Source: Squalus acanthias (lineage: Eukaryota). From it: DNA of 64,000 nucleotides. Below are positions 47,581-60,502 of this stretch, piece by piece (positions within the stretch are counted from its first letter, which is position 1; every line of letters starts with the position of its first letter). A program made the translations under genes and the position numbers. Below the pieces are notes generated by a model. That model was not told where the DNA came from. It searched no databases and was given only the letters and a program-made list of their open reading frames with translations. The stretch covers positions 77,316,001 to 77,380,000 of the forward strand of contig CM059432.1 of the NCBI GenBank assembly GCA_030390025.1, read 5' to 3'.

Positions 47581-50500
47581 GGGGGAGATATTGGGCTCGG
47601 TAGCACACGTTATTTAGGCGCTAATCGGCCTCCTAAATGTCAAAAATTGGGTCTCAGATGTGCGCGCGCGCACGTTCGACAGGATGTGCGCCGGACACCA
47701 TCTTGGTACAGTAATTTGCGCGAGCGAACCTAACAACCGCCAGCAGCATGCAAAGCAGGTAGATTATGATGTCAATCAGTGTGCAACGCTGATTTGACGT
47801 CAGCACTGTCATTTTCAAATGTCACGCTCAAGCCAACGCCCTGTCTTAACCTGCCACAGCTGAAAACGACGTTAAACGGCATAAAGGACCCCACCCCCAC
47901 CACCAGTGCTACTTGAAAGGATCATGAACTACTTACAGGTTAGTTACTGGATTATTTCTTCTGGCTGCTGGTGCAATTCTATGCGTTTTTGGAGCTTTCC
48001 TATAGTTGTCTCAAGTTTCAATCATCTACCAGGAGTGGTCTGGCTGGTGCTGATGTACTTTTCTGTTGATTTAAAAGCTTGTGCTGAAACAAGTTGCTTC
48101 CACACATGGGCGGCCTAGTAGGCCTTCCTCTTGGAATTGAGCATGACTGGGAGAATGAAGAGAGGCCGTGCAGAGCAGAACAAGCTGCTAGAAGAGGAAG
48201 GATGAGGAGGGGGAGAAGGGCTCTCAGCAGGAGGACATATCCACCCAGGGTCTTTAGGGAGAAATTCTTTAACTTCAACTTCAGCGAGGATCAATGCATG
48301 CGATGTCTTCGCTTCACAAAAGAGGTTATGACTGAAATCTGACAACTGCTGCAGCCACAACTACAACCTCAAAGCAGGGCAAGGATCCCATTTCCATTGG
48401 CTGTTGAGGTGACTGTGGCGATGAACTTTTATGTGCCTGGCTCTTACCAGGCTGCTGCTGGAGATATAAGCAACATCTCACAGTTTGCAGTGCAGTGCTG
48501 CATGAGGGAGGTCACTGAGACTTTCTATACAAAGACAGACCTCTTCATCTCATTCCCTCTTGCCAGAGACAAGCAGGCAGAGCGAGCACATGAAAGAGGA
48601 GGAGGAGGGGAGGAGGAAGAAGTGTAGCAGGAAATGGAGGAACAGGAAGAGGAAGGGAGAATACAACCTATTAGAGACCAAAAAAGAAGCTTGTGTGTGG
48701 AGGCGGAAGACGTGGGTATGGTTTTAAATAAATACTTTGCGTCTATCTTCACAAAAGAGACAGACGATGCAGACCTTGTAGTTCAGGAGGAGGAGTGTGA
48801 AATATTAGATGAGATAAACATAGTAAGGGAGGAAGTATTAAGGGGTTTAGCATCTTTGAAAGTAGATAAATCACCTGGTCCAGATGAAATGTATCCCAGG
48901 CAGTTAAGAAAAGCAAGGGAGGAAATAGCGGAGGCTCTGACCATCATTTTCCAATCCTCTCTGGCTACAGGTGTGGTGCCGGAGGACTGGAGGACTGCTA
49001 ACATTGTACCGTTGTTTAAAAAGGAAGAAAGGGATAGACCAAGTAATTACAGGCCAGTCAGACTAACCTTGGTGGTGGGCAAATTGTTGGAAAATATTCT
49101 GAGGGACAGTATTAATCGTCATTTAGAAAGGCACAGATTAATCAAGGACAGTCAGCATGGATTTGTTAAGGGAAGGTCGTGTCTGACTAATTTGATTGAA
49201 TTTTTTGAGGAGGTAACAAGGAAGGTTGATGAGGGTAGTGCATTTAATGTAGTCTACATGGATTTTAGCAAGGCTTTTGACAAGGTCCCACATGGCAGAT
49301 TGGTCAGAAAAGTAAAAGCCCATGGGATCCAAGGGAAAGTGGCAAGTTGGATCCAAAATTGGCTCAGTGGCAGGAAGCAAAGGCTAATAGTCGATGATTC
49401 TTTTTGTGACTGGAAGGCTGTTTCCAGTGGGGTTCCACAGGGCTCAGTACTGGGTCCCTTGCTCTTTGTGGTACACATCAATGATTTAGACTTCAATGTA
49501 GGGGGCATGATTAAGAAGTTTGCAGATGATACTAAAATTGGCCATGTGGTTGATAGTGAGGAAGAAAGCTGTAGACTGCAGGAAGATATCAATGGACTCG
49601 TCAGGTGGGCAGAAAAGTGGCAAATGGAATTCAATCCGAAGAAGTGTGAGGGAATGCATTTGGGGAGGGCTAGCAAGGTAAGGGAATACACAATAAATGG
49701 TAGGATACTGAGAAGAGTAGAGGAACAGAGGGACCTTAGAGTGCATGTCCACAGATCCCTGAAGGTAGCAGGACAGGTAGATAAGGTGGTTAAGAAGACA
49801 TACAGGATACCTTCCTTTATTAGCCGAGGCATAGAATATAAGAGCAGGGAAGGTTATGCTTGAACTGTATAAAACACAAGTTAGGCCACAGCTGGAGTAC
49901 TGTGTACAGTTCTAGTCACCACATTACAGGAAAGATGTGATTGCACTAGAGAGGGTACAGAGGAGATTTAAGAGGATGTTGCCAGGACTGGAGAATTTTA
50001 GCTATGAGGAAAGATTGGATAGGCTGGGGTTGTTTTCTTTGGAACAGAGGAGGCTGAGGGGAGACTTGATTGATGTGTATAAAATTATGAGGGCCTAGAT
50101 AAAGTGGATAGGAAGGACCTATTTCCCTTAGCAGTGAGGTCAATAATCAGGGGGCATAGATTTAAAATAATTGGTAGAAGGATTAGAGGGGAGTTGAGGA
50201 GAACTTTTTTCAGCCAGAGGGTGATGGGGGTCTGGAACTCACTGCCTGAAAGGATGGTAGAAGCAGATACCCTCAGCACATTTAAAAAGTACTTGGATAT
50301 GCACTTGAAGTGCCGTAACCTACAGGGCTACGGACCAAGAGCTGAAAAGTGGGATTAGACTGGATAGCTCTTTTTCTCTGGCACAGACAGGATGGGTTGA
50401 ATGGCCTCCTTCTGTGCCATACATTTCTATGATTCTTTGAATGTAGACAGCCCATTTCTGCCTGGGCTTTACCTGCTCAAATAATTCATGAATGATACCA

Positions 50501-52810
50501 GTAACCTCAACCACAACTCCCCATTCACCAACAGTCCCACACTCCTTACCTTTCCTCTATCACTAACAATCACATTTTCCGCTTTCCGACAACACAAAAA
50601 TAAAAGCCACCAGAAAATGCACATCCCAATCCAAATTTATAAATTAAATCATGACATAATGCATACAAAAATAAACTAATCACCCTTGTGCATTCCCGTA
50701 GTGCTTGTCTTTCGTGTGCCTTTGTCTGCCCTAGTGCTCCAATGAGGCGCTACCCCAGTAGCTGCAGCATGGGTGGTGGAAGGCTGCTGACCTTCAATTG
50801 AGAAGATGGCAGATGGCCTAGGAGGGCGACCTCGAGCAGCTCTAAAAGGCCTGGCTTCAGATTGCACCATCTCGGCCTGGGCTGTAGCAGTCTGGGCTGA
50901 CTGGCTGACAGGCAACAGAAAGGGCACTGGCGGAGTGGCGGGGCGGGAGCACGAATGCTGTCATCCTGAGAGAGGACAGTAGGTTTGTACTACATGGAGC
51001 CACTGCCACTCCCCCGGGGCGGCGCCTCAGTAATCCTAGTAATCTGTTGGAGTACAGATTGATAAACTGCTGTAACACCCTGGAAGCCCCTTTGATATCC
51101 AAAGCCATGTTGGTAGCAGTCTGAGCTTCCACTGCAGCACTCAGGCCATCGGTGGAAGCTGCTTGTGCTGCAATGGAAGCTGAAACATCAGCCATTAGAT
51201 GTTGCACCATGGTGGGTTCCACAGGTGCACTGATGGAGGTGACCACCCATTCTATGTTGGAAAGAATGGGCTTCAAGCTCTGCACAACACCTTGTGCAAG
51301 GTTGGTGCCGGACTCCTCCATGCTCCTTGACAATGAACGCAGGCTTTCCAGTGCACCAAGCATTTGGATGTGTACACCCATCAGCTTTCTTCTGTAGCCT
51401 GGTCCATTGAAGTCCTCATCTGAATCCTCTACAGCAGAACTAGTGTGCGACCTCACCCTCTGGCGAGCTGGCACCTGTGCTATTTATTCCTCCGCCCTGG
51501 CTCCTGCGCACTTGTGCCTGGTGTCTCACCACATGCAGATCCCTCCTCTATCCTAGCCTCTAAAATATGCGCAATGTCAGTATATGAGCTGGTGGCTGCT
51601 CGTGTAAGATCGAGAGACGGTTTCTCTTCATCTTCACTGTCTTCTTCCTCTTCCTCCACTGCCCAGGCAGGTTCCAGTTCTTGGATATCTGAAATGAAAA
51701 AGGGACAAGGGTTGGGTTGTGGTGAGGGGTGAGGAGAAAGCAAGAACTGCATGCTTAGACTCTCTGCAGCCTCCCACTCCAGAAGAGATTGAGGGATGAG
51801 GGATAAGTAGGATGAGAGAAGGAGGATTAGGTATGCAGATACCCTCCTCATCAATCGCTTCAGCACTGCCAGTGACCACGGCCTCAGCGATGCACCTTCC
51901 CATGATGGCCAGGCACTGTCTCCTCGATGGGGTTAAAACAGGCAGGTGCACCCGTCCTCCTCCAGTTCTTTGATACTGCCTGCTGTTATGCACCACCTTC
52001 TCCTGCAAGAAAGAGGGAAGTGTGTCAGTGAGTGTCCTGCAATATTTTTGGGTGATGTTGCTATCATGGTTGAATAGTTGCCAGTGTGTGCGAGCTATGA
52101 GTTATGGGTGTGAGGCTTGCAACAGTGCTAAGTATGTGAGGGTGAGGGAAAGCATTTGAATGGTAGGGTTGAGTCCTGGTTGATAGAGATTGTTGGTAGG
52201 TGAGTGATGGGGTGTAGTGAATTGAGCAGTGGATGAGGCTATTGGTGCAGTTGGCAGGATATGCCATTTTAAGACAACTCGTGTTAGATCATTTAACTTC
52301 TTCCTGCACTGTATCCATGTTCGATGAGCAACACTCCTGGCATTGACCTCCTCTGCTATTTCTTCCCATTGCCTCCTGAGCATATGTTCCCCCTCCTGCC
52401 CTCCTGGGGATATAAGACATCTCTCCTTCTTTCCAGCTCTACCACCAAGGCCTCCAGTGTATTCTCTGAAAACCTTGGCACACACTCTGTCGCATGTTCA
52501 ACCATTGCTCAAAGTATCACAGTACTGATTCAGCTTTGAAAAACTCCCACCACTTGTTGCAGCCACAATGCACCTCCCCTTTAAGAGGTGCAGGCTGTTT
52601 TTAAGTAGCCCTAGACACTTGCGATATCAGGTCCCTTGCTAATGCGTGCAGCCAGTGAACAGCGTAGGAGCGCCGGCTGCAAGCAGCAATCATTTAAGGC
52701 AGCAGGCAGCACGAATTTAACGTACTGCCTGAAATGCTATGAACGAGCGCGGGTTAATCGCCCACCGTGATCCCTGCACCCGTTTTCAGGTCTTATCCAA
52801 GTTCTCCCTA
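47581..52810 (+). mobile_element. Harbinger transposon, decayed: transposase 5' part (~48106-48590) and minus-strand Myb gene (~50676-52490), with nested CR1
   Basis: TIR-like GGGAGATATTGG / CCAAGTTCTCCC. YPPRVFRE..CLRFTKEV..VAMNFY. QWEEIAEEV..TWIQCRKKLNDL. Similar to the element at 852-5069. Confidence 0.85.
48657..50435 (+). mobile_element. 5'-truncated CR1 LINE (RT) inside Harbinger
   Basis: ORF 48634-49863 carries YMDFSKAFDKVPH, GVPQGSVLGP and FADDTK. Frameshift and stop downstream. Confidence 0.93.
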
Positions 52811-55800
52811 TAGTGCCATATGACACCCCGAAGAGCAATGCTTGACTATTATGCTAAGGGTATACCCATGCGCTTCTCTGTGATTCAGTAATCTGTTCTT
52901 GGAAAACACTCTTACCGTGCGACCTAGTGAGATCATTAAACTTCTTTTGACACTCCTTGCAGTTATGGAGGTCCCACTCACAGCCACAGCCACATATTTC
53001 CACATGACCCTTGCTGCTGCATGTGATGAGTTTTTCTCTCGTACTCCGATTATTGCACCCCTCCCTTCTCTAGTTTGGGCAAGCAGCCCTTCCACTTCAG
53101 CCTCAGAAACGTTAGATGCTCACCTTCCCCTTCTGTACCCCGCCGCCGCTCCCCCCCGCCAGGATATATAGGAGGGTCGCCCTCTAATTATTCCCACCTC
53201 ACTACACTTCGGGGACCCAGGAATTTCCAGGCCAAAGCTATGAAAGATCCAATTGACCACAGGGAACTTTTAAAACTTGTCTCCGCACTGGCTGCAGTTA
53301 TACCCAAGTGGTGTACGATTATTTCCACAATGCTAAGTGGACTTTGGGTGACTTTGCATCCAAAGTACTGTATAGTTTTGCATCCATGTGATTCCTAAAC
53401 TGATTTACATCACCTCAAACTGTGCAGTATAAGTGGCCTATTACATATCGAGATAGTGCTGAGTGTAGTATATGTTAAACTCAAAATTAGACATTAGTCA
53501 TGTTTTTAAAAATTAATTAGTAAGGCAGATACTGGTACACTCTATGAACCAGTTGAAAACGTTTATTCAATAATTGCTGAAGTCCTATGGGCTCATTATT
53601 TCTTATTGGAGTCATTTGAAACTACCAATTAAGAGGAAGAGTGGTTTCTGTACAGAAACATAAAGAGAAAATTGATTTTTATTTGTCTAAATCATGTAGC
53701 CTACAGCAGTGCACAAATGAACTGATAATGCAAAAAAAACCTAATGGATTACATGGGTGATTACAGTAGTACTTGCACAATCATGCAGAAGCAATTGAAA
53801 ACTGAGCTGTTTATGTTTCTTTGATTCTGTGGTATTTGAAAATGTTTTTTTTTATCTGTACTGTGACCAAGGGAGAAAAATAGGATGCAGCCAACACCCA
53901 CCTTTGTGACATTTAAGATCTGGCATCTACTTATCAACGACTTTTCCTTCACAGGATTAGGCCTTGCTTGTTAAATCATATCCTGAAGCTGTGGGAAAAA
54001 AGCCTTGTTCTGGGTGTTCACTGATTAATGGAGCCATTTAGCCCTCAGCAAACCTCTGGGCAGTGTGAGATGAGCCATGATGAGGGACTTGCAAAGAGCA
54101 CAATGAGCCTTGCCTATTCAGTAACCAAATGACTGCTGCTCAGTTAGCTGTAAGCCTTAGTATAGAACCTTTTGCTCCAATACTCAATTAATGCTTCATT
54201 AGTAGCTTATGTGAGTACTGAGCTGAAACACTCCGGGCATATTCTAGGTCTGGTTCTTAATTGGGCTTAAATGGGTTAATTGCATTTCACAAGAACAAGA
54301 TCTTTGCTAATACCGATGGGAAAGAAGTCAATAGCTCCCAGGTATTAATAGTTTATAAAACAGCAGCTTTTTCCACAAACAAAATGCATTTTCCTCAGTT
54401 AACCGGACTCCAGTGTTCCCCCTCCAGCCCACAATCTCATTCTCACAAACTTAGGCTCAGTTTAACTCAGGTCCAGTTTAGCTGTAGTAAAACCATTTGG
54501 AGCTGTGGTGCCTGCACACTCGTCAATCACAGACAATGAAGTCCACCCTCGCCACTGCAATTAGAAGCATGGGGTGATATTACTGGAAATCAATAGTGTT
54601 TACTATTTTTAATAGTGGATAATTATCACATAGAGTGTATTGTTATCTGAATGTTCCATTTTTTACAAATGCTTTTCTCAACATTCAATTTAAATCAGAA
54701 ATGTACATTTGAGCTTTCCAGTACTGCCACCTGTGCAAAGCAAAAAATGGCAATTAGTTATCCTACAGCTATTGGCCTTCACAAAGGTCAGCCTGTCACC
54801 AAGAATATGGCAGAAGAGGAAATCTGTCCAAGCCCAGCAAGTCTGTCAGAGATTTGATCGTTGAGGCCTGTGATTTAAAAAAAATTCTTCTGGGGATGTG
54901 GCCAATGCTGCCAAAGTTGCATTTATTGCCCCTCACTAGTTGCCCTGAGAAGGTGGTGGTGGGCCTTCTCATTGAAGCACTGTAGTCCCTGTGGTGACAA
55001 TGCTCACCCAATAGTGTTAGGTAGGGAATTCCAGGATATTGACCCAGCAATAATAAAGGAATGGAAATATATGTCCAAGTCAGCTTTGTGTATGACTTGG
55101 AGGGGATAGTGTTCCCATGACATTACTGCTCTTGTTCTTCTTGGTGGTAGAGCTCACAGGGGAAGGAGGTGCCTTCGAAGTAATCTTGGTGAGTTGCTGC
55201 AGTGCATCTTGTCGATCATACGTACTGCTTCACAGTACACAGTGGAGAGGGTGGATATTGGTCCCGATATTAACTCCGAGGCGCTTTGGGAGTGGGGGAG
55301 TCTGATATCGCGTGGGAAACCCAAAGTAATTTCAGTGCGTCTATCTGTGGCATTTTAACGCAGCTACCGCATTATAATATTACTTCCGGGTTTGAGGTCG
55401 AATATGTGGCAGCAGGCGTGGTGCGAACCCGCATGAAGCGATCGCGACTCAAGTACTTAAAGAACCAATCCAAAGATGCAATTTGAAGGAGTTGGGAGGT
55501 TTTGCACAGCAATTGCAGAAGATGGACTCAGGACACTCCAAGGCTGCATCGTGCTTTAATGATGCCTCACTTGATGTACTTGATGTACTTCTGGGGGCAG
55601 TGAGGAGTCACAGAGAGATGCTCTTCCCCAGCAATGGGAGGAAAAAACCTGCTGCTGCTACAAATGAGGTGGGGCTGGAGGTGGCCGAGGAGGTCAGCAG
55701 CAGGAGCAGTGTGCCACGCTCCTGGCTTCAGTGCAGCAAGTGCTTAAATGACCTAACCAGGTCAGGAAAGCTGAGTACAGTTGTACATTCACCTATTTCC

Positions 55801-56249
55801 TGTTGTACACATCACCCGCCAACCTCCACTATGCCTTGTCAAGCCTAAACTATCACGTCACTCCTCGCAACCACTTACCTTGCAAGCGCACCCATCCTTT
55901 TCTTTCTGTGCACTTCCTCACATCCCCATCTATCCATCCACCATCATCCTTATGTACTTTGATGGCTCTCCCTGATAATCACCCTCACCAAATGCACTGC
56001 AACCATCAGGTGAATACATGCCATTACACTCACTCATAGGACTGTTCTTTCCCCCGTTGCAGGAGAAGAGAGCACAAAACATGAGGGAGAGAACCGGAGG
56101 TGGTCCTCCTGAGATCTTGCAGCTGACAACTGCAAAGGAGTAAGTGCCGGAGATCAGTGGCATCTTAGCGTCCATGGCCATCGCAGATGGGGACATGGAG
56201 ACCTTCCAGCTACCTGCTGCCATAATTAAATATCATCGATCCACATGTC

Positions 56250-59200
56250 ATGGGAGGATTCAGGAAAGAGTAAATTTAAAAGCAGCGAGAGAAATGTCAA
56301 GGCTCTAGAGCAGAGTAGAGTTTTGGGGAAAAATAAGCAGAGTGGGTCAGGAAGGGACAGAGAGAGTAACAAAGGTAATAAGGCATCAATGATTAAGGTG
56401 ACATCTTAGAAATAAGTCAAAGTTAAAGGCACTATATCTGAATGCGTGAAGCATTCGCAACAAAATGGATGAATTAATAGCGCAGATAGAAATTAACAGG
56501 TTTGATCTAATAGCCATAACGGAGACGTGGTTGCAAAGTGGCCAAGGTTGGGAACTAAATATTCCAGGATACCTAACTTTTAGAAGAAATAGGCAAAATG
56601 GAAAAGGAGGAGGGATAGCCCTGATAATAAAGGATGGGATAAAGACAGTAGATCTTAGCTCCGAAAATCAAGATGTAGAATCAGTTTGGGTGGAGCTAAG
56701 AAACAGCAAGGGGCAGAAAACATTGGAGGGAGTTGTTTATAGGCCCCCAAACAGTAGTTATAATGTAGGGCAGAGTATAAATCAGGAAATTAGAGGCGCG
56801 TATAACAAGGGTAATACAGTAATCATGGGGGACTTTAATCTACATATAGACTAGGCAAACCAAATTTGCAGTAATAGTGTGGAGGACGAATTCATGGAAT
56901 GTCTGCAAGATAGTTTTCTAGATCAGTATGTTGAGGAACCAACTAGGGAACAGGTTATTTTAAATCTAGTATTGTGCAATGAGAAATAACCTTGTAGTAA
57001 AGGGGCCTTTAGGGAAGAGTGACCATAATATGATAGAATTTTAAATTAAGTTTGAAAGTGATTTAGTTAAATCCGAAACTAGGGTCTTAAATCTAAACAA
57101 AGCAAACTATGTAGGTATGAGGGGCGAGTTGGCTACAGTAGATTGGGAAACTACATTAAAAGGTATGACAGTAGACAAGCAATGGCTAGCATTTAAAGAA
57201 TTAATACATCATTTACAACAAATATACATTCCTTTAAGGCACAAAAACCCCACAGGAAAAGTGGTCCAACCGTGGCTAACAAGAGAAGTTAAAGATAGTA
57301 TTAGATCAAAGGAAGAGGCTTATAATTTTGCCAAAAAGAGTAGTAAGCATGAGGATTGGGAGGATTTTAGGATTCAGCAAAGGAGGACCAAGAAATTGAT
57401 AAAGAAAGGGAAAATAGAATATGAGAGTAAACTAGCGAGAGACATAAAAACAGACTGTAAAAGCTTTTATACGTATGTAAAAAGGAAAAGATTAGCGAAA
57501 GTAAATGTGGGTCCCTTACAGGCTGAGACAGGAGAAGTTATAATGGAGAATAAAGAAATAGCAGAGTAATTAAACAAATATTTTGTGTCTGTTTTCATGG
57601 AAGAAGACACAAAAAACTTCCCGAAAATAGTGGAGAACCAAGCCTCTAGCGAGAATAGAAACATAGAAACATAGAAGATAGGAGCAGGAGTAGGCCATTC
57701 GGCCCCTCGAGCCTGCTCCGCCATTCAATGCGATCATGGCTGATCATCCAAATTCAGTACCTGAGGAACTGAAAGAAATTAGTATTAGTAAAAAAATAAT
57801 ACTGGAGAAAGTAATGGGACTGAAAGCTGATAAACCCCTGGACCTGATGGCCTACATCCTAGGGTTTTGAAAGAGGTGGCTATAGAGGTAGTGGATGCAT
57901 TGGTTGTCGTTTTCCAAAATTCCATAGATTCTGGAATGGTTCCTGTGGATTGGAAGGTAGCAAATGTAACCCCACTATTTAAGAAAGGAGGTAGAGAAAA
58001 TGGGGAACTACAGACCAGTTAGCCTGACATCAGTAGTAGGGAAAATGCTAGAATCTATTATTAAGGACGTGGTAACAGGGCACTTAGAAAATAATAATAG
58101 GATTAGGCAGCGTCAATGCGGATTTATGAAACGGAAATCGTGTTTAACAAATCTGTTAGAGTTTTTTGAGGTTGTAACTAGCAAAATAGATAAGGGGGAA
58201 CCGGTGGATGTGGTGTATTTGGATTTTCAGAAAGGCATTCGTTAAGGTGCCACACAAGAGGTTATTAAACAAAATTAGGGTTAATGGGAGGGGGGGTGGT
58301 AATATACTAGCATGGATTGAGGATTGGTTAACGGACAGAAAACAGAGTGCAGGAATAAACGGGTCATTTTCGGGTTGGCAAGCTGTAACTAGTGGGTTAC
58401 CGCAAGGATCAGTGCTTGGGCCTCAGCTATTCACAATCTATATCAATGATTTGGATGAGGAGACCAAATGTAATGTATCCAAGTTTGCTGATGATACAAA
58501 GCTGGGTGGGAATGTAAGTTGTGAGGAGGATGCAAGAAGGCTTCAAGGGGATATAGACAGGCTAAGTGAGTGGGCAAGAACATGGCAAATGGAATATAAT
58601 GTGGAGAAATGTGAAGTTACCCACTTTGGTAGGAAAAATAGAAAAGCAGAGTATTTTTTAAATGGTGAGAGATTGGGAAATGTTTGTGTTCAGAGGGACC
58701 TGGGTGTCCTAGAACACGAATCACTAAATGTTAACATGCAGGTACAGCAAACAATTAGGAATGCAAATGGTATGTTGGCCTTTATTACAAGAGGATTTGA
58801 GTATAAGAGTAAAAACTTAACTGGACCAGCCACATAAATAATGTGGCAACAAGAGTAGGTCAGAGGCTAGGTATTCTGCGGCGAGTGTCTCACCTCCTGA
58901 CTCCCCAAAGCCTTTCTACCATCTACAAAGCACAAGTAAGGAGTGCGATGGAATACTCTCCACTTGCCTGGATGAGTGCAGCTCCAACAACATTCAAGAA
59001 GCTCGACACCATCCAGGACAAATTCTTACAGGGCTTGACAGGTTAGATGCATGGAGGATGTTTCCCCTGGCTGGGGAGTCTAGAACCAGGGGTCACAGTC
59101 TCAGAATAAGGGGTCAATCTTTTAGGACTGAGATGAGGAGAAATTTCTTCAATCAGAGGGTGGTGAATCTTTGGAATTCACTACCCTAGAGGGCTGTGGA

Positions 59201-59395
59201 GGCTCAGTCATTGAGTATATTCAAGACAGAGATTGATAGATTTTTGAATATTATGGGAATCAAGGGATATGGGGATAGTGCAGGAAAGTGGAGATGAGGT
59301 AGAAGATCAGCCATGATCTTGTTGAATGGCGGAACAGGCTCGAAGGGCCAAATGACCTACTCCTGCTCCTATTTCTTATGTTCTTATGTTCTTAT
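56250..59395 (+). mobile_element. CR1 LINE ORF2 (APE + RT), decayed, inside the Harbinger Myb intron
   Basis: LIAITETWL, IMGDFN, NYRPVSLTS, FADDTKL. (TTCTTATG)n tail. Inverted CR1 tail inserted at ~57655-57762. Confidence 0.92.
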
Positions 59396-60028
59396 ACAAC
59401 ACTCAGTCATGTTGACTTGATTTAGCAGCAACTCATGCTTACCATGCACCAGCACTGATGCTCACACTTTGGTGGGTCCAGTTAGATAGAAGGATTTTTG
59501 CCTGATGACTCACAGTTCACAAGTATCAAGAGCATACAGTGGTAGCAGGGACAGCAGTGGAGGGTCCTTGTTGGAGGGCGTAGCCATCTCCAAGCTCTGC
59601 TCAACTGGACACAGAGGCTGTACCCCGGAGGCCATCGATGGAAAAGATAATCATTAAGGAGCCAGAAAAAATCTGCAATGTACTGACAGGCCTTCCATTC
59701 ACGTTGTCCATGATTGCAGAGAGGAATGGAAGCGTCCAGCTCAAGCATAAGTGGGTTGTAGACGCAGGGCTTTGCGAGGATGTCTTCTTCCATGGATACA
59801 TTGGACAACGCCATGGAACATTAATCGTGGCAATCAAATGAATCCATGCAGGCCTTGACCACGGCCGTGTAGACTCTGGATGCCAACATGTCTGACACCT
59901 TAAATAGGATGACAGATACCTTAACCTTGGCCTTACAGTGCATCATTGATCTGCATCAAGCTACTCTCCAGCAGAGTGGTAGGAGTGAAGTGCGGCTGGC
60001 CCATGAGAGGGATGATGGCGAAAGGGGA

Positions 60029-60502
60029 GAGAAAGAAAGAAAGACTTGCATTTATACAGCGCCTTTCATGACCACTGGACATCCCAAAGTGCTTTACAAC
60101 CAATGAAGTACTTTTGAAGTGTTGTCACCGTTGTAATGCAGGAAACGCGGCAGCCAATTTGCACACAGCAAGCTCCCACAAACAGCAAGGTGTTAATGAC
60201 CAGATAATCTGTTTTAGTGATGTTGATTAAGGGATAAATATTGGCCAGGACACCAGGGATAACTCCCCTGCTCTTCTTCGAAATAGTGCCATGGGATCTT
60301 TTACATCCACCTGAGAGAGCAGACGGGGCCTCCGTTTAACGTCTTATCCGAAAGACGGCACCTCTGACAGTACAGCATTCCCTCAGGACTGCACTGTAGT
60401 GTCAACCTAGATTTATGTGCTCAAGTTTCTAGAATGGGACTTGAACCCACAACCTTCTGACTCAGAGGCGAGGGTGCTACCAACTGAGCCACAGCTGACA
60501 CC
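60029..60502 (-). mobile_element. Full-length tRNA-derived DeuSINE (SacSINE1-like)
   Basis: Minus strand has A box TGGCTCAGTTGG and B box GGTTCAAGTCC, a Deu-like core, an L2-like 3' end and a (CTTT)n tail. Confidence 0.8.

Larger units (their letters stand above)
38480..53233 (-). pseudogene. Fragmented Myb/SANT gene of an old Harbinger (exon 1 ~52916-53130, exon 2 ~47265-47425, exon 3 ~40940-41594 and probably ~38480-38726)
   Basis: Exon 1 SEAEVEGLL..MWKYVAVAVS with GTAAGA donor. Exon 2 CAG|VKTAHNAGECQATAGG. Exon 3 acidic tract then RTMKRKM. TIR-like GGAATTTCCAGGCC at 53220-53233. Confidence 0.7.

Noticed and set aside
53400..54860. Possible conserved enhancer with TAAT-rich motifs
   Set aside because: Such motifs are expected in AT-rich DNA and cannot be supported without cross-species alignment.
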